A stretch of 62,738 bases of DNA, filler included, from Perkinsus olseni (taxonomy: Eukaryota), in NCBI GenBank assembly GCA_013115125.1. It is 3 parts of 3 records of this genome, joined end to end, with 100 filler letters (N's around TTAATTAATTAA, not from the genome) between each part and the next. Parts side by side here need not be neighbours in the genome. Positions count along the whole stretch, not along the records: positions 20,989 to 41,814 come from JABANN010000566.1; positions 41,915 to 62,738 come from JABANN010000567.1; 1 more part is not named here. One strand, written 5' to 3'. Shown here piece by piece: positions 36,355 through 47,389 of this stretch. The translations under genes and the position numbers were made by a program. How positions within the stretch are numbered: the stretch's first letter is position 1; each line of letters begins with the position of its first letter. Under the pieces are notes generated by a model. The model worked only from the letters and a program-made list of their open reading frames with translations, did no database searches and had not been told where the DNA came from.

Positions 36355-38027
36355 TTACGAAGTTGCTGCTACAGGTTGATGCTGCTGTTGGTGGTGATAC
36401 ATCTTCAACTTATCATCATCGTGATCACCCTCCTGAATGGTTGCATACTGCATTGTCCTCTCTTTCTGCTGTTCATCAGACTGCTGCTCAGATTGAGCAG
36501 GTTGCCGGGCCACAAGTACTGAGCAGTGCGCTTTATGGGCAATGTAGAAGCTGAGACAAGTACAAGTGAGAGTAGCGAAGATGATAGAATGTGAGTATTA
36601 CGGGAAGCTGTTGGGATGGAATAAATGTGAATGCCCACCATAACCGGTAGCTATTATATCGACATTCTCCGATTCGGCGTACTCACACATAGCCGCTGCT
36701 GGTAACGGGCCTGAACAAAAGCAGCAGCAAGTAGTGAGTAGTACGATACAACAAGGCTGTTGTGGTTGTTAGACAGCATGATGAACACAGGGAATGAAGA
36801 CTCACTAGCTTGTAAGACTTTAGATGATAATATCAAATCATCAGTCTTATGCTCATCCATAACCTCTTTAAGATCACCCATGAGGATGTCTTCTATGCTA
36901 GCCGTACCCTCCTCGTGTGGTGGGGCAACAACGTGGATCTACAGTAACGTATGGGTGATGATAGATCCAGACCAATACCGCCATCGCTACTAGTACTACC
37001 GCATTGCCACCAGCAGAGAAGTCCGGTGTAGTCACTAACTGAACTTCATCACCTGGTCGACATAGACGCATAGCAGCACGCAAGGCTTCTACTGAATCCT
37101 CCCTAACAACAACAACACATGGTATTAGCATAATATCGCACTGATAATAGGCATCTCTTATTACCAGTTATTGCTCCCAAAGCATACCAATACCTTCATT
37201 GGACGATTGTTATGCATTCCTGGTAGGACCGCTTTCGGATCACACTTGATAGCTGACATCATAAAGCATGTGATAATGTACACTGGAATACCTCAACCTA
37301 CTGGGCTCAGCAAACTCAGCAACGTCACCGCTGTCCTCGGGTTCGGATATCTCACTATCTTCTGTATTGGGGACCGCCGTAGTACTAGTGGTAGTAGAAT
37401 TAGAGGTAGTAGACTCATTCTCACGTACGACAAGGACATCACACGGAGACTCTCTTACAACATACTCCACTAGTGATGCCAACTTCAGGTAATGTGTCTG
37501 ATGGTAATGATAGTAGATCATTATACGGCACAATTTGTGCCGCACAAACGACTACTACTACTACTACCGATCCCCCTGATCCAATAGCAACAAGGTCTGG
37601 TTCAATCTCGCCACAGTATTCCATGAGGGTATCTGAGAGGCGACGGGGTGATGATCACCCTCTGATGATCATGATGTTGTCACTATTACTACCTCTGATA
37701 TCCTTAGTCGCTTCAGCGACATCGAATGTAGTATCCAATTGAGGGTAGTCAGTAGCTATATTGTTAAAACGCCTTTTATAATCATTAGACTCAGTGCTAC
37801 TCTCCTGCTTAGTAGGTACATGATAACCTGACAGCCTGAACATACTCACAACATGACACATCAACTATCATTACTACCATTAATTGATATGGTATCTGGA
37901 TGTCGATTCCAGGATGATACCAATCCAAAGATACTACTCAATGCAACCTCTGATGCACATGGATTAGCCCCGCCTAGACATACCACAATACGGTTTATGT
38001 AAGGTGATCGATACCTGGACTCGACTC

Positions 38028-38062
<35 letters not shown>

Positions 38063-38266
38063 ACCGTGTACACAGCAGCAGCAGCAGCAGCAGTCTAGTA
38101 CCAAGTCTTGGATGCTTGCTTATGCCAACCCCTCGCTGACAGCATCTTGTGAAGCAATCCACGGTATAACATGTTATAACGATGGTATTAGATAACGTTA
38201 ACGCCATTCCTACAACAATAATGACCGTACGCCACGACGCCGATCGCCAGAGGAAACATGCTTCAT
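36355..38266 (-). CDS. Universal stress protein (UspA) domain protein with two Usp-like domains, multi-exon; boundaries approximate
   Basis: LMEYCGEIEPDLVAIGSGG...SLVEYVVRESPCDVLVVR; KVLVCFG...DSVEALRAAMRLCRPGDEV; HKAHCSVLVAR. Confidence 0.7.
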
Positions 38267-38394
38267 TGCGAACGCGCGCGCCAGACTGATCGATTACGAC
38301 TGCGTTGATGATGATGACACGCGCATCGCGTTGAAGTTCGCATAGTAGTATTGTTGTGATTGTTGTTAGTTGAGTGCGGTTGGTCCGTTGTTAC

Positions 38395-40991
38395 ATGGCC
38401 AGTGTGAGGCTGATTTGACCTGATCAGCATATGTAATACTTACGGGATTAGTACGCTCGGTTACACTGATACCAGGTATACCGGTCATCATCGTAATAAT
38501 AATCAGCAGCAGCAACAACAACAACAACTCCCAACAACAACACAGCGCCGTCCTAGCTACACATACAATAATAATCGACAACAACAACAACAACGGCAGC
38601 AGCAGCAGCAGAATGATACTGCAGCCTCGTCAACATTAGCACAGTATCAAGATCCTCCCTCCACTACTAAGGGAGGGAATGCCGTCGTGTCGGCAACAAA
38701 GGATAGAGGGACGGCGGTGAACAGTCAACAATACCAGCAGGATGGCAGTGGTAACAGCAGTACTCATCAATATCATCGGACGATGCAACAGCAGCAAGGC
38801 AGCTATGGTGCTGGAGGTGGACAGAGATCGTCTAGACAAGTAGTATATGGTAGATCGTTATCAAGTGTGGTATTGTTATGAACCTTAGGGTGGTGGACGG
38901 GGTCCAACTGGCGGAGGAGGAGGAGGCTCGTTTTCGAACTCTCGATCATCACAGTACTACAACGACAATCAGCAGCAGCAGCAGCAGTATGGCGGACGCA
39001 ACGGCATGAACAATAATAATCAGTACTATTATCACCAGGGTAGTGGTGGTGGTCATTACCGCCATAATGGAGGGGCATCGTATAATCATCAACATGCTGG
39101 TGGTAGCAAGGGCGGGTCTTCAAGACAGCAGCAGTACGGAGGGAATGGAGGACGCAACCCAGCAGCAGCAGCAGCAGCTTCCTTCCAGCACTATCAACAA
39201 CAACAACAACAACAACAACAACAGGTCAATGCTCAGACATCTGTGTATCATCAATCGGGTGGTAATGGTGGTGAACAGCATCATCAAAGATATCAACAAC
39301 AACAGCAGCAAGGGATGTATGTATGTGAAGATAACAACGCTGATGTTAGTAGTAGTGGTAACACCACAGCTGGAGAGTCTGATCCAACTGGACCTACCTC
39401 GGCTGCTACTGCTGCTGCTGCTGCTGCAGCCTATTGGCAACAGAGCTACCATGCAGCTGCTGCAATGGCTGCTGCTGCTGCTGCTGCAGCTGCTGGTGGT
39501 GGTGGTGGTGGTCCTGGCAATACTGGGAATCAGGGAGGTGGGAGTATGATGGATTATCAAGCCGCAGCAGCTGCTGTAACTGCTGCTGCCTATTATCAAC
39601 AACAGCAGTACTACTATCAGCAGCAAGCGGCTGCCATGTTGGCCATGCAACAACAACAACAACAGGCTACTGGCCTACGCCCACAGCAGCAGCAGTCAAC
39701 ACCAGCAGCAGCACAGGTCCTCTATAGTCCTGCACAATATACAGCTGGTTATGTCCCCTCCCCTAATGCTATGGGTTATTACTATCAACAACAACAACAA
39801 CAACAACAACAACAAGGTGCCACTACACAGCAGAACGCGACACCGATCTATTATAATCCTACAGCCACTGCCGCTGGTACTGCTGCTGAGGCCGACCCTT
39901 CATCGTCTTCTACCTCCTCTTCAGCCGCGATGGCCCCTCCTCCTGCTCCTACTCAAGCCTCGTACTATTACTACGACCCCAATGCTGGTAGTAGACAAGG
40001 TGTTGTAGCGCCTGCACCACAGGCAACAGCGCAGGCTTATTATTACTACTATCAGCCCCAGCAGCAACAGTTCATACCGGCCTATTATCCTACCGCACAA
40101 CAGCAGCAGGAGCAGCAGGCTACGACCACGCAAGATCAGCTGTCCGAGCAACAGCAGCACCAGCAGCAGCCTGACGCAGGAGGAGAGGAGGAGGGTTCCT
40201 CCATCGGGGCAGCAGATGGTGATGAGAAGCAGTTGAGTGTAGATGATCAGCAGCAGCAGCAGCAGCCGGCTGTGATTACGGCGGATGCTAGTGATGAGTC
40301 GGGGGGCAAGACAGCAGACGGGGACGGAGGGCGGAAAAGGCCGGGGTTGATAGCGAAGCTTACCACACCCATACAAAAGAAGAATCCCGATCTTGTTGAC
40401 CACCACGGCAAGGAGCATTCGACTAGTATGGAGAAAGGCATTGGGTTAATGGAAGGAGGTCAGGAGGATAGTAGCGCACATCAGGGCAATAATGATGATA
40501 AAGGAGCAGCTGTAGGCAACTGCATCGTCGTCGTCGTCGTCATCATCATCATCATCATTATCACCATAGCCATCACGCATCTTAGGTCCATACTGGTTTT
40601 GACGTGAAGATCTCGGCATCATCCGTACCTGGGGAGTCGAATGTCGTAGGGATAACTACTACTGCCGCAATACGCGTGATGAATTCCTTCGTATATTTGG
40701 CAGGCCCAACATCAGGGTGCTACCACTGATACCTATGCTGACGATCACGCCAAGAAGGCTACCACCACTACCCCTAGCAGCAGTGATGCTGGTTTGGTCC
40801 ATCAAAAGACGCCCAGGAGCGAAGTAGCACCAGCTGGAACTGCTGTTGCTGCGGCGGCTACTTCAGTATCACCCTCCTCACCGTCCACAGCCCGGAAGGT
40901 AAGTGTTATTGGTATTGGTAGCCTGATGATGTTGTTATCATCAGCCAACTGGCTTGGTATCTGCCTGGGGCACACGATTACCCGGTGGGAG

Positions 40992-41040
<49 letters not shown>

Positions 41041-41744
41041 CCATCATCATCATCACCAACACGTTCACAAACACCCCCACCTACAAGAAGCAGCGCCCTA
41101 GGCAAGGAAGTTGGCAATGGCAGCAGTGATAGCGGAAATACTCGAGACAACACAACAGGGTCAGCAGTAGCGGCCCCAGTTGTAGCGACCAGCAAAGGTA
41201 CCATACCGATACATTTCATGGAGGCCATGCAGATAATGGCGGGTAAGTAGTGGTATCGCTGCTGCTGCTGGTCGGTTGGACGTACTGGCATGATTCCAGG
41301 TAATAAGCCCATATCGCCAGATCTTGATGTGAAGACCCTGGAGGAATGGGAGGCTACCGCTGGATCTAGACCACTACCGTTATGTCAAGTAACGAGCGCC
41401 AATGGTGGTTTGGGATGGTGCACCACTCTTGTTGTTGTTATTATCATTAGGAGCATCCTGCACTGAGGCAGCCTAGATACCGTCCTATGGGTATGAAGAA
41501 TCCCTCCCAGACTAGAGTATGCTATCTTAACGCTATGATACAGGTAATACTACTACTGCTACTACTAGGAGGAGGCTGATGTTGTTGTTACAGGTACTAT
41601 TACCAATAACAGGGCTTATGACCTATCTATCATTGGCAATGAGTACGATGCGTGAGAAGGAGAAGGATAAATATCCATGGACAAGGGCTATAGCGTCAGC
41701 ATGTCGGCCATTCTTCCAGCCCCCTCCACCTCCACCTGCTCCTG
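38395..41744 (+). CDS. Ubiquitin-specific protease (C19, USP10/Ubp3-like architecture) with long Q/A/Y-rich N-terminus; 3'-truncated by gap, start uncertain
   Basis: Exon 41451-41543 reads RYRPMGMKNPSQTRVCYLNAMIQ and splices to VLLPITG (USP Cys box); large low-complexity exon at 39006 to about 40510; no His box before the gap. Confidence 0.7.

Positions 41745-41814
<70 letters not shown>
41745..41814 (+). repeat. (GTA)n microsatellite running into gap
   Basis: Pure GTA/TAG run ending at the Ns. Confidence 0.95.
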
Positions 41815-41914
41815 NNNNNNNNNNNNNNNNNNNNNNNNNNNNNNNNNNNNNNNNNNNNTTAATTAATTAANNNNNNNNNNNNNNNNNNNNNNNNNNNNNN
41901 NNNNNNNNNNNNNN
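41815..41914. other. Assembly gap with artificial TTAATTAATTAA spacer
   Basis: N run with spacer at 41859-41870. Confidence 0.95.
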
Positions 41915-41987
41915 ACTTTCTATATTTCTACTTGTGTTGAGATGACCGGGACGCCACAACACTCTACGAACGATGAGGGCAACAACA
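41915..41987 (+). repeat. 5' LTR (3' portion only)
   Basis: 73 bp identical to the end of the 3' LTR, ending GGGCAACAACA. Confidence 0.9.
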
Positions 41988-44900
41988 TGGTACTGGAACC
42001 TGATACGGAGAGTGCTGAGGCGCCTGGTACATCTGGTACTACTAGGACCGCCGAGGAAATGCAGGCTCTGGAAACGGCTAAGCAGATGCTGGTTACATGG
42101 TTTCAATCACCTATGGTTGGTGATGATGTTCTTCAGAGGTCCTGCGATGCACTCCAGGGCATTCCGGGTATCAATGATGAGCTGCTGGATGAGGCCGTTA
42201 ATGCTATCCTGTGGGTTAGTGATCCCCATGAGGGCAAGGTTGTTGAAATGCTGCAAGTGTTCGCGCAATGGTGCCGAATAGCGGATAGACGTGCGCGAGG
42301 CCCTTTACGACGACGCTTACTTGGTGACTTTTATAGTCCGTTTTGTCAGAATAAGGAAGTGCTGAAGAACTATGGTGATACTCTCCAGCGACGTCTTGAT
42401 CAAGTAGGTTTTGAAGTGGTTGGTTGTAATGTTGACCCAGTTGTTGTACATTGTCCGGTTAAGAAGAGACCTGTGGTTTTGAATGAGCCAATGCATGAGG
42501 TTGATATGAATCCGGTTTTGATCAAGAAGGAAGCTTTACCCAATGGTGACCGAAATCAGTCTATAAACGGATCAGGTGCTCTGTCGGATATCCGTATCGG
42601 TGATGATGGGCTGGATTCTCTTGGTCTGAGTGAGCCAGATGTTTTACTTGTGAACACTATCACTCGTAAAGATATTACTGAGGGCCGTCGTTTAGCACAA
42701 GGCATTACCCCGATAGTTTATTCTGGGACTGGAGATGCTCTACCGTATGTGGTTTTTAAACGACGATTTGATTTGCTATGTCGACAGAATGGATTGATAG
42801 GTGATCCAGTGTCGGTCTACCATCTTCTTCTTCGTTGTCTATCTCCTGCCTTGATTGTTGCTCTCAATCCATCTGTTGTTGGTCTTGGTATTGCCAAAGA
42901 TTGGATTCGAGAGATAGGTCGGTTATTCTCCTCGTTATCATTGTCCTGTTCTGGTGTGAGTGATGATGTGGCAAGGCTGGGAGCTAGTCAGTCCTTTGCT
43001 AATATAACTCAGAGTCAGAACGAGACTGTTTCTGAATTTATCGTTCGATTTTCGAATGCATCATCCGATCTCACTGCCTATTTGGGGGCTGAGGTAGATG
43101 ATGAAAAGTTGCGTACTACCTTTTTGAAGGCATTACTACCGGTGTGGAGGTCGACTGCAATGGATATTCTTTCTCGTGGAGGAGACCTACAGACGGTGGA
43201 ACGTGAACTTTCTCAACGTGAACGATTGGAGAAGGCGGTTAATGGTTCTACCCGTGGTTCTTCTCCCTCGACTTCGACTACTCGTGTTCGATTGAATGCT
43301 ATAAGTGGCGAGGTCTCTACTGGGGAGGAAGGCGGTGGTGCTGGTCAGTCTGGACAACAACGGCGTCATCGACGACAGTCTAAATTGGTGAAAAAGCCCT
43401 GTTTCCAATGGAGGGATACTGGTACTTGTACATTCGGTGACAAATGTCGTTTTTTACATGAACAGTCTAATATTGCTAATGTTGCGCCTACGATGGATTC
43501 AACCTCGTCTCCTTGTGCTACAGCTGTTGATTCAGTTGCAACCGGGACAATTGAGGGGTCTTCATGTGACGTATTGGCTTTAGCGGCTGGGAATGAGCAT
43601 TGTCTACCGTTTGTGAGTCTAGATATTCCGGAATATGGGTCGGTTCCTGCCCTGTTGGATTCTGGTGCGTTCTGGAATTATGCACCTCTTCGGTTACTAG
43701 AAGATTTAGGCTTCTCAGAGAAAGATCTGACTAGCTGTGAGGAGGTTGTTACCTTAGCAAATGGTTCTAAGAGTCATGTTTGTGGGACTATTAGTATTAA
43801 TAATCTGGTCTTTCGGGTATTGAATTCCAATGTTGATTATTTGATCATTGGAGTGAAGTCTATGTATGATCTTGGTATCAGTTTGTCATTTGGTGATGGT
43901 CACTCTGCCGGTCTCTTTGCTATAAGCATGGGACAAGCACACACTATCGCATCACTATGTGCGTGTGGTTTGACGGGTTATGATGGTCGAGATCAGCTGT
44001 GTACGGTATGGTCGCCTAATTTATTTGAGAGTACTTTGACTGGGGAGGTCTCGCCCGTTTGCGATTGGTTACCGGTTGTCGGTTCCGAAGGCTATTGTTG
44101 GAGGGCAAGGGCTCTAGAACCTGATGAAGAACGAGATACTGCAACCCAACGGTATGCCATCGAGGTGATGGTCCCCTATGATAAAGAAAAGGTCGCAAGG
44201 TATCCTTCAAGAGGAGATTATGGCAGGCGCATGGTTGAGAAGATGGAGGAAGCTGAGCAGGTGAAATTCCTTGCTGAAGTTCAGAAGTATGAACACAAGC
44301 TCTGGTGGAAGAAGATTGGCCCAGTTGAGACCAACCCGCCGTCACCTGGTACTCTGGTGGTTTTCCCCGTCAGGGCTAAGAAAGTTGGGTCATCAACCCC
44401 CATACGACCAGTTTTGGATGCCCGATTGAGGAACTTGTTCAGTCCGGTTAGTTCCTATGATGGTCCTACAATTGGGTCTATTCTTTTGGATTTGAGGCTA
44501 CGTTATAAACGGCACTCCAGGGTTTTGGTGAGAGATGCGAGTGCCGCATTTTATCGTATCCGTCTGGAAAAAGATTCAGTGGTAGAGTTGGTGGCTAATG
44601 GTGTGCTCTATAAAAGTTGTCGCCTTTGTTTCGGTCTACGAGCGGGCCCATGTTGTTTGTGGGCTGGTCTTACCTTTATTTTGGATTTAGCGCTGTCAGA
44701 GCTCTCGGATAAGGTTAAGGAATATTTATGGAATTGTTCTATCTACCTTTACTTAGATGATTTAACATTGGTTATCAATGAAGGTGGCGATTCCCCTTAT
44801 TTGGTTGATGGTAGATCTGTTGCTGATATATTACTAGAGAAGATAACAGAAGTTGCTGGTCGCTATGGTTTTGACTTTCCAAGAGAAAAGGGGTGTGACA

Positions 44901-47152
44901 GCGCCGACCAGAAGGATTTCAAGCATCTCGGTATACGATGGGTATTTGATAAGGAGAATTCTGGTGATCTTGGTTCCGTCTGCCTTAAGCATAAGGTTGG
45001 TCAGTACCGTGATGAGAACAATAAGATTAAGACCAAGTGGACGAAAAGGTCATTATACTCGTTGTCTGCGGTTGTGAGCAGTGGTTGTGATCCTCTACTC
45101 ATACATGGTTCAGAAAGGTTAGCCGGTGATGTCTTGAAGATAATCGGAGGTGCTCTGGCGAAAGGTCAGAAGTGGGATGACGAGTTTGTGATCAAGGAAG
45201 ATGATCCGGCTTATCATGTACTGTCCTTATGTCTTGAGACTATTGAGAGATACCAGGGCACAGAGTGCTATCATCCAGTACATGAACTAGTACCTGGTGA
45301 TGATGAGATTCATGTTTATGTTGATGCGAGCTCCTTGGCATGGTCGTGGGTTATGATGACTTATGATGCCAAGAGTGAATCTGAGTCGATGCTACAATCA
45401 TCGGGTGGTATCTTCAAGGGTGCAGCACGTAATTTTCATATAAACAGAAAAGAATTAATAGCTTTATCGAAAGCTACCTTGGCTATCCACTCGGCGCTAT
45501 CTGGCAAACGCAGGTATCCTTTGGTCTCTCGAGTGGTGATTTTCAGTGACTCTCAAACTGTTAATCGTTGGGTGACAACCAATAAATGTTCTGTACGAAG
45601 TCTTGAACGAGTGGTGGTTAGGCGGCTCACCGAAGCCATCCGCGAGATTATCGGTGATTTACAGTCTACTGGCGTGTCTGTGGTTGTACGGAAGGTCGAC
45701 TCTGACTCTAACAAAGCGGATGCATTATCAAGGCTACCGTTATTGTGGGGTTATGACCGGTTGGATTTTGTTGATGGTGGTGATGTTCCTATCTTCCCTA
45801 GCGCTAATCCTGTGCATACTGTGCAGGGGGGTGATGAGGCGCTCGGTCAGGAGGAGTCGGTGTTGCTGACAGGTGTACTTACTCGTGACTCGTTAAAACA
45901 ACTTCAACGCCAGTCTCCATTTTGGAAACCGGTTGTAGAGTTTGTTGAATCGGGGAGAAAAGGGCATCCTGTAGCCGCTGTTCTCAAAGCCGCCGAATGT
46001 GTGCGTTTAACACATGATGGTGTTCTCATGGGCTTGCGTTATGCCCATGGGTCTGTTCTGCAAGAACCTCGAGAAGTTTATATCGTTCCTGGGGATACTA
46101 CCGATGGTAGGAACTTATCGTTCCGTATTTGTTTAAGTTTCCATAATGGGAACCACTACAACCCTCGATACCTGCGGTATGAGATATCTCGCAAGTTTGA
46201 TATTAGTGGTTTATCGAAGTTATGCTCATTGGTTTATCGCCAATGTAAACGATGTCAACAAGCTGCGGTCACTAGGTTCTATAAAGGTTTTTTGGGACAT
46301 ACTGATATCCCATCATCTTCTATATGGGACAGTGTATGCCTCGACATTGCGGGTCCCTTCCCCAAAGATGTTGATACTCACTACACGGTGGCATTGGTAT
46401 GTGTGGATATGTATTCGCACTATGCTATTATTGTTGGTCTACATAACCAACGATCTCAAACGGTTTGTGGTGCACTCAACCGTCTTATCCAGGAGTATGG
46501 AGTTATGCGGGAACTCAGGAGCGATGGAGGCCCCTGTTTTGTCTCTGCTTACTTCAAGCGATGGTTGGTTAACAAGGGAGTTTCTCATAGGGTTGTGAAC
46601 AAGTATTCACCTTTTGAGAATGGTCTAGCCGAAAAGACCATTAGTGGCCTCAAGTCAAGTATCAGACTTTTTCCAGAAGTTCTTCGCAGTCGCTATCATG
46701 ATTCGTCTCATTGGTATGAGGTGGCATCTAAAGCGGTGAGAAGGCTCAATGACCGGCCGTATTTGAATACGACTCCATTTGCTCTGTGGTTCGGTCGTGA
46801 ACGACGCTCTGAGGAAGAAGCTCGGTTGTCTCTGAAGCCGAAGGATACTACAGTGGAGGCCTTGAAGAAGCAAAGGGAGGAAATGAAGGGTGATTTTGAC
46901 CGTGAACGATCTCTTCGGACTCCTGGCAGACAGTTTTCTCCGAGGTCGTTGAAGATTTCTCCCGGTCAGAAAGTTAAGGTGTTTCGGCCAAGCTCTCTCG
47001 CTGGCGTTGGCCATAGTAGAGGCCTATTGAAGAAACCGGTCTATACAGTTGTGTCACAACGAGGTGTTGATGTTGAGCTACTAGAAGATGGCAAGTCTGC
47101 AGGCAATGAAGTTACTGAGCATATTCGCAATATAAGACCATACTATGCTTAG
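41942..47152 (+). CDS. Gag-Pol polyprotein (Gag with CCCH finger, protease, RT, RNase H, integrase)
   Basis: CFQWRDTGTCTFGDKCRFLH; LLDSGA; RDASAAFYRI, LCFGLRAGP, YLDD; HVYVDAS...KELIAL...FSDS...NKADALSR; H-x3-H...CKRC, CLDIAGPF, RSDGG, ENGLAEK. Alternative start ATG at 41987. Confidence 0.93.
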   Translation: MTGTPQHSTNDEGNNMVLEPDTESAEAPGTSGTTRTAEEMQALETAKQMLVTWFQSPMVGDDVLQRSCDALQGIPGINDELLDEAVNAILWVSDPHEGKVVEMLQVFAQWCRIADRRARGPLRRRLLGDFYSPFCQNKEVLKNYGDTLQRRLDQVGFEVVGCNVDPVVVHCPVKKRPVVLNEPMHEVDMNPVLIKKEALPNGDRNQSINGSGALSDIRIGDDGLDSLGLSEPDVLLVNTITRKDITEGRRLAQGITPIVYSGTGDALPYVVFKRRFDLLCRQNGLIGDPVSVYHLLLRCLSPALIVALNPSVVGLGIAKDWIREIGRLFSSLSLSCSGVSDDVARLGASQSFANITQSQNETVSEFIVRFSNASSDLTAYLGAEVDDEKLRTTFLKALLPVWRSTAMDILSRGGDLQTVERELSQRERLEKAVNGSTRGSSPSTSTTRVRLNAISGEVSTGEEGGGAGQSGQQRRHRRQSKLVKKPCFQWRDTGTCTFGDKCRFLHEQSNIANVAPTMDSTSSPCATAVDSVATGTIEGSSCDVLALAAGNEHCLPFVSLDIPEYGSVPALLDSGAFWNYAPLRLLEDLGFSEKDLTSCEEVVTLANGSKSHVCGTISINNLVFRVLNSNVDYLIIGVKSMYDLGISLSFGDGHSAGLFAISMGQAHTIASLCACGLTGYDGRDQLCTVWSPNLFESTLTGEVSPVCDWLPVVGSEGYCWRARALEPDEERDTATQRYAIEVMVPYDKEKVARYPSRGDYGRRMVEKMEEAEQVKFLAEVQKYEHKLWWKKIGPVETNPPSPGTLVVFPVRAKKVGSSTPIRPVLDARLRNLFSPVSSYDGPTIGSILLDLRLRYKRHSRVLVRDASAAFYRIRLEKDSVVELVANGVLYKSCRLCFGLRAGPCCLWAGLTFILDLALSELSDKVKEYLWNCSIYLYLDDLTLVINEGGDSPYLVDGRSVADILLEKITEVAGRYGFDFPREKGCDSADQKDFKHLGIRWVFDKENSGDLGSVCLKHKVGQYRDENNKIKTKWTKRSLYSLSAVVSSGCDPLLIHGSERLAGDVLKIIGGALAKGQKWDDEFVIKEDDPAYHVLSLCLETIERYQGTECYHPVHELVPGDDEIHVYVDASSLAWSWVMMTYDAKSESESMLQSSGGIFKGAARNFHINRKELIALSKATLAIHSALSGKRRYPLVSRVVIFSDSQTVNRWVTTNKCSVRSLERVVVRRLTEAIREIIGDLQSTGVSVVVRKVDSDSNKADALSRLPLLWGYDRLDFVDGGDVPIFPSANPVHTVQGGDEALGQEESVLLTGVLTRDSLKQLQRQSPFWKPVVEFVESGRKGHPVAAVLKAAECVRLTHDGVLMGLRYAHGSVLQEPREVYIVPGDTTDGRNLSFRICLSFHNGNHYNPRYLRYEISRKFDISGLSKLCSLVYRQCKRCQQAAVTRFYKGFLGHTDIPSSSIWDSVCLDIAGPFPKDVDTHYTVALVCVDMYSHYAIIVGLHNQRSQTVCGALNRLIQEYGVMRELRSDGGPCFVSAYFKRWLVNKGVSHRVVNKYSPFENGLAEKTISGLKSSIRLFPEVLRSRYHDSSHWYEVASKAVRRLNDRPYLNTTPFALWFGRERRSEEEARLSLKPKDTTVEALKKQREEMKGDFDRERSLRTPGRQFSPRSLKISPGQKVKVFRPSSLAGVGHSRGLLKKPVYTVVSQRGVDVELLEDGKSAGNEVTEHIRNIRPYYA
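41988..42002 (+). promoter_or_regulatory. Primer binding site
   Basis: TGGTACTGGAACCTG directly after the LTR terminal CA; TGG complements tRNA CCA. Confidence 0.7.
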
Positions 47153-47174
47153 TTTGTGATGTTGATACACGGTC

Positions 47175-47184
47175 AGGGGGGTGA
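47175..47184 (+). promoter_or_regulatory. Polypurine tract
   Basis: AGGGGGGTGA immediately before the 3' LTR TG. Confidence 0.75.
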
Positions 47185-47389
47185 TGTTGATGCCCAATTG
47201 TTGTGACCGTGACGTTGTGCTAAGACTGTCCCCCTTTCGTAGCTTATTGTTGGCACAAAGCTTGTCTCCCCGCAGCTGTCGGAGTAGACTATGTTTGTAT
47301 TGTATGTTCTATAGTTACTTTCTATATTTCTACTTGTGTTGAGATGACCGGGACGCCACAACACTCTACGAACGATGAGGGCAACAACA
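47185..47389 (+). repeat. 3' LTR, 205 bp
   Basis: TGTTGATGCCC...GGGCAACAACA terminal inverted repeat (10/11 match). Confidence 0.9.

Larger units (their letters stand above)
41915..47389 (+). mobile_element. LTR retrotransposon with intact single ORF, BEL/Pao-like RT/RH (5' LTR cut by gap)
   Basis: 41915-41987 is identical to 47317-47389; PBS at 41988, gag-pol ORF, PPT, and a 205-bp 3' LTR with TG...CA ends. Confidence 0.93.

Noticed and set aside
39043-40441. Overlapping alternative-frame and antisense ORFs (polyL, polyC, polyS)
   Set aside because: Shadow frames of trinucleotide repeats in the Q-rich exon; the same applies to antisense ORFs over PGAP1, the ENTs and both retroelements.
41745-41987. 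LTR element inserted into and disrupting the USP gene
   Set aside because: The junction is an artificial gap, no USP continuation is seen after 47389, and the 5' TSD is not visible.
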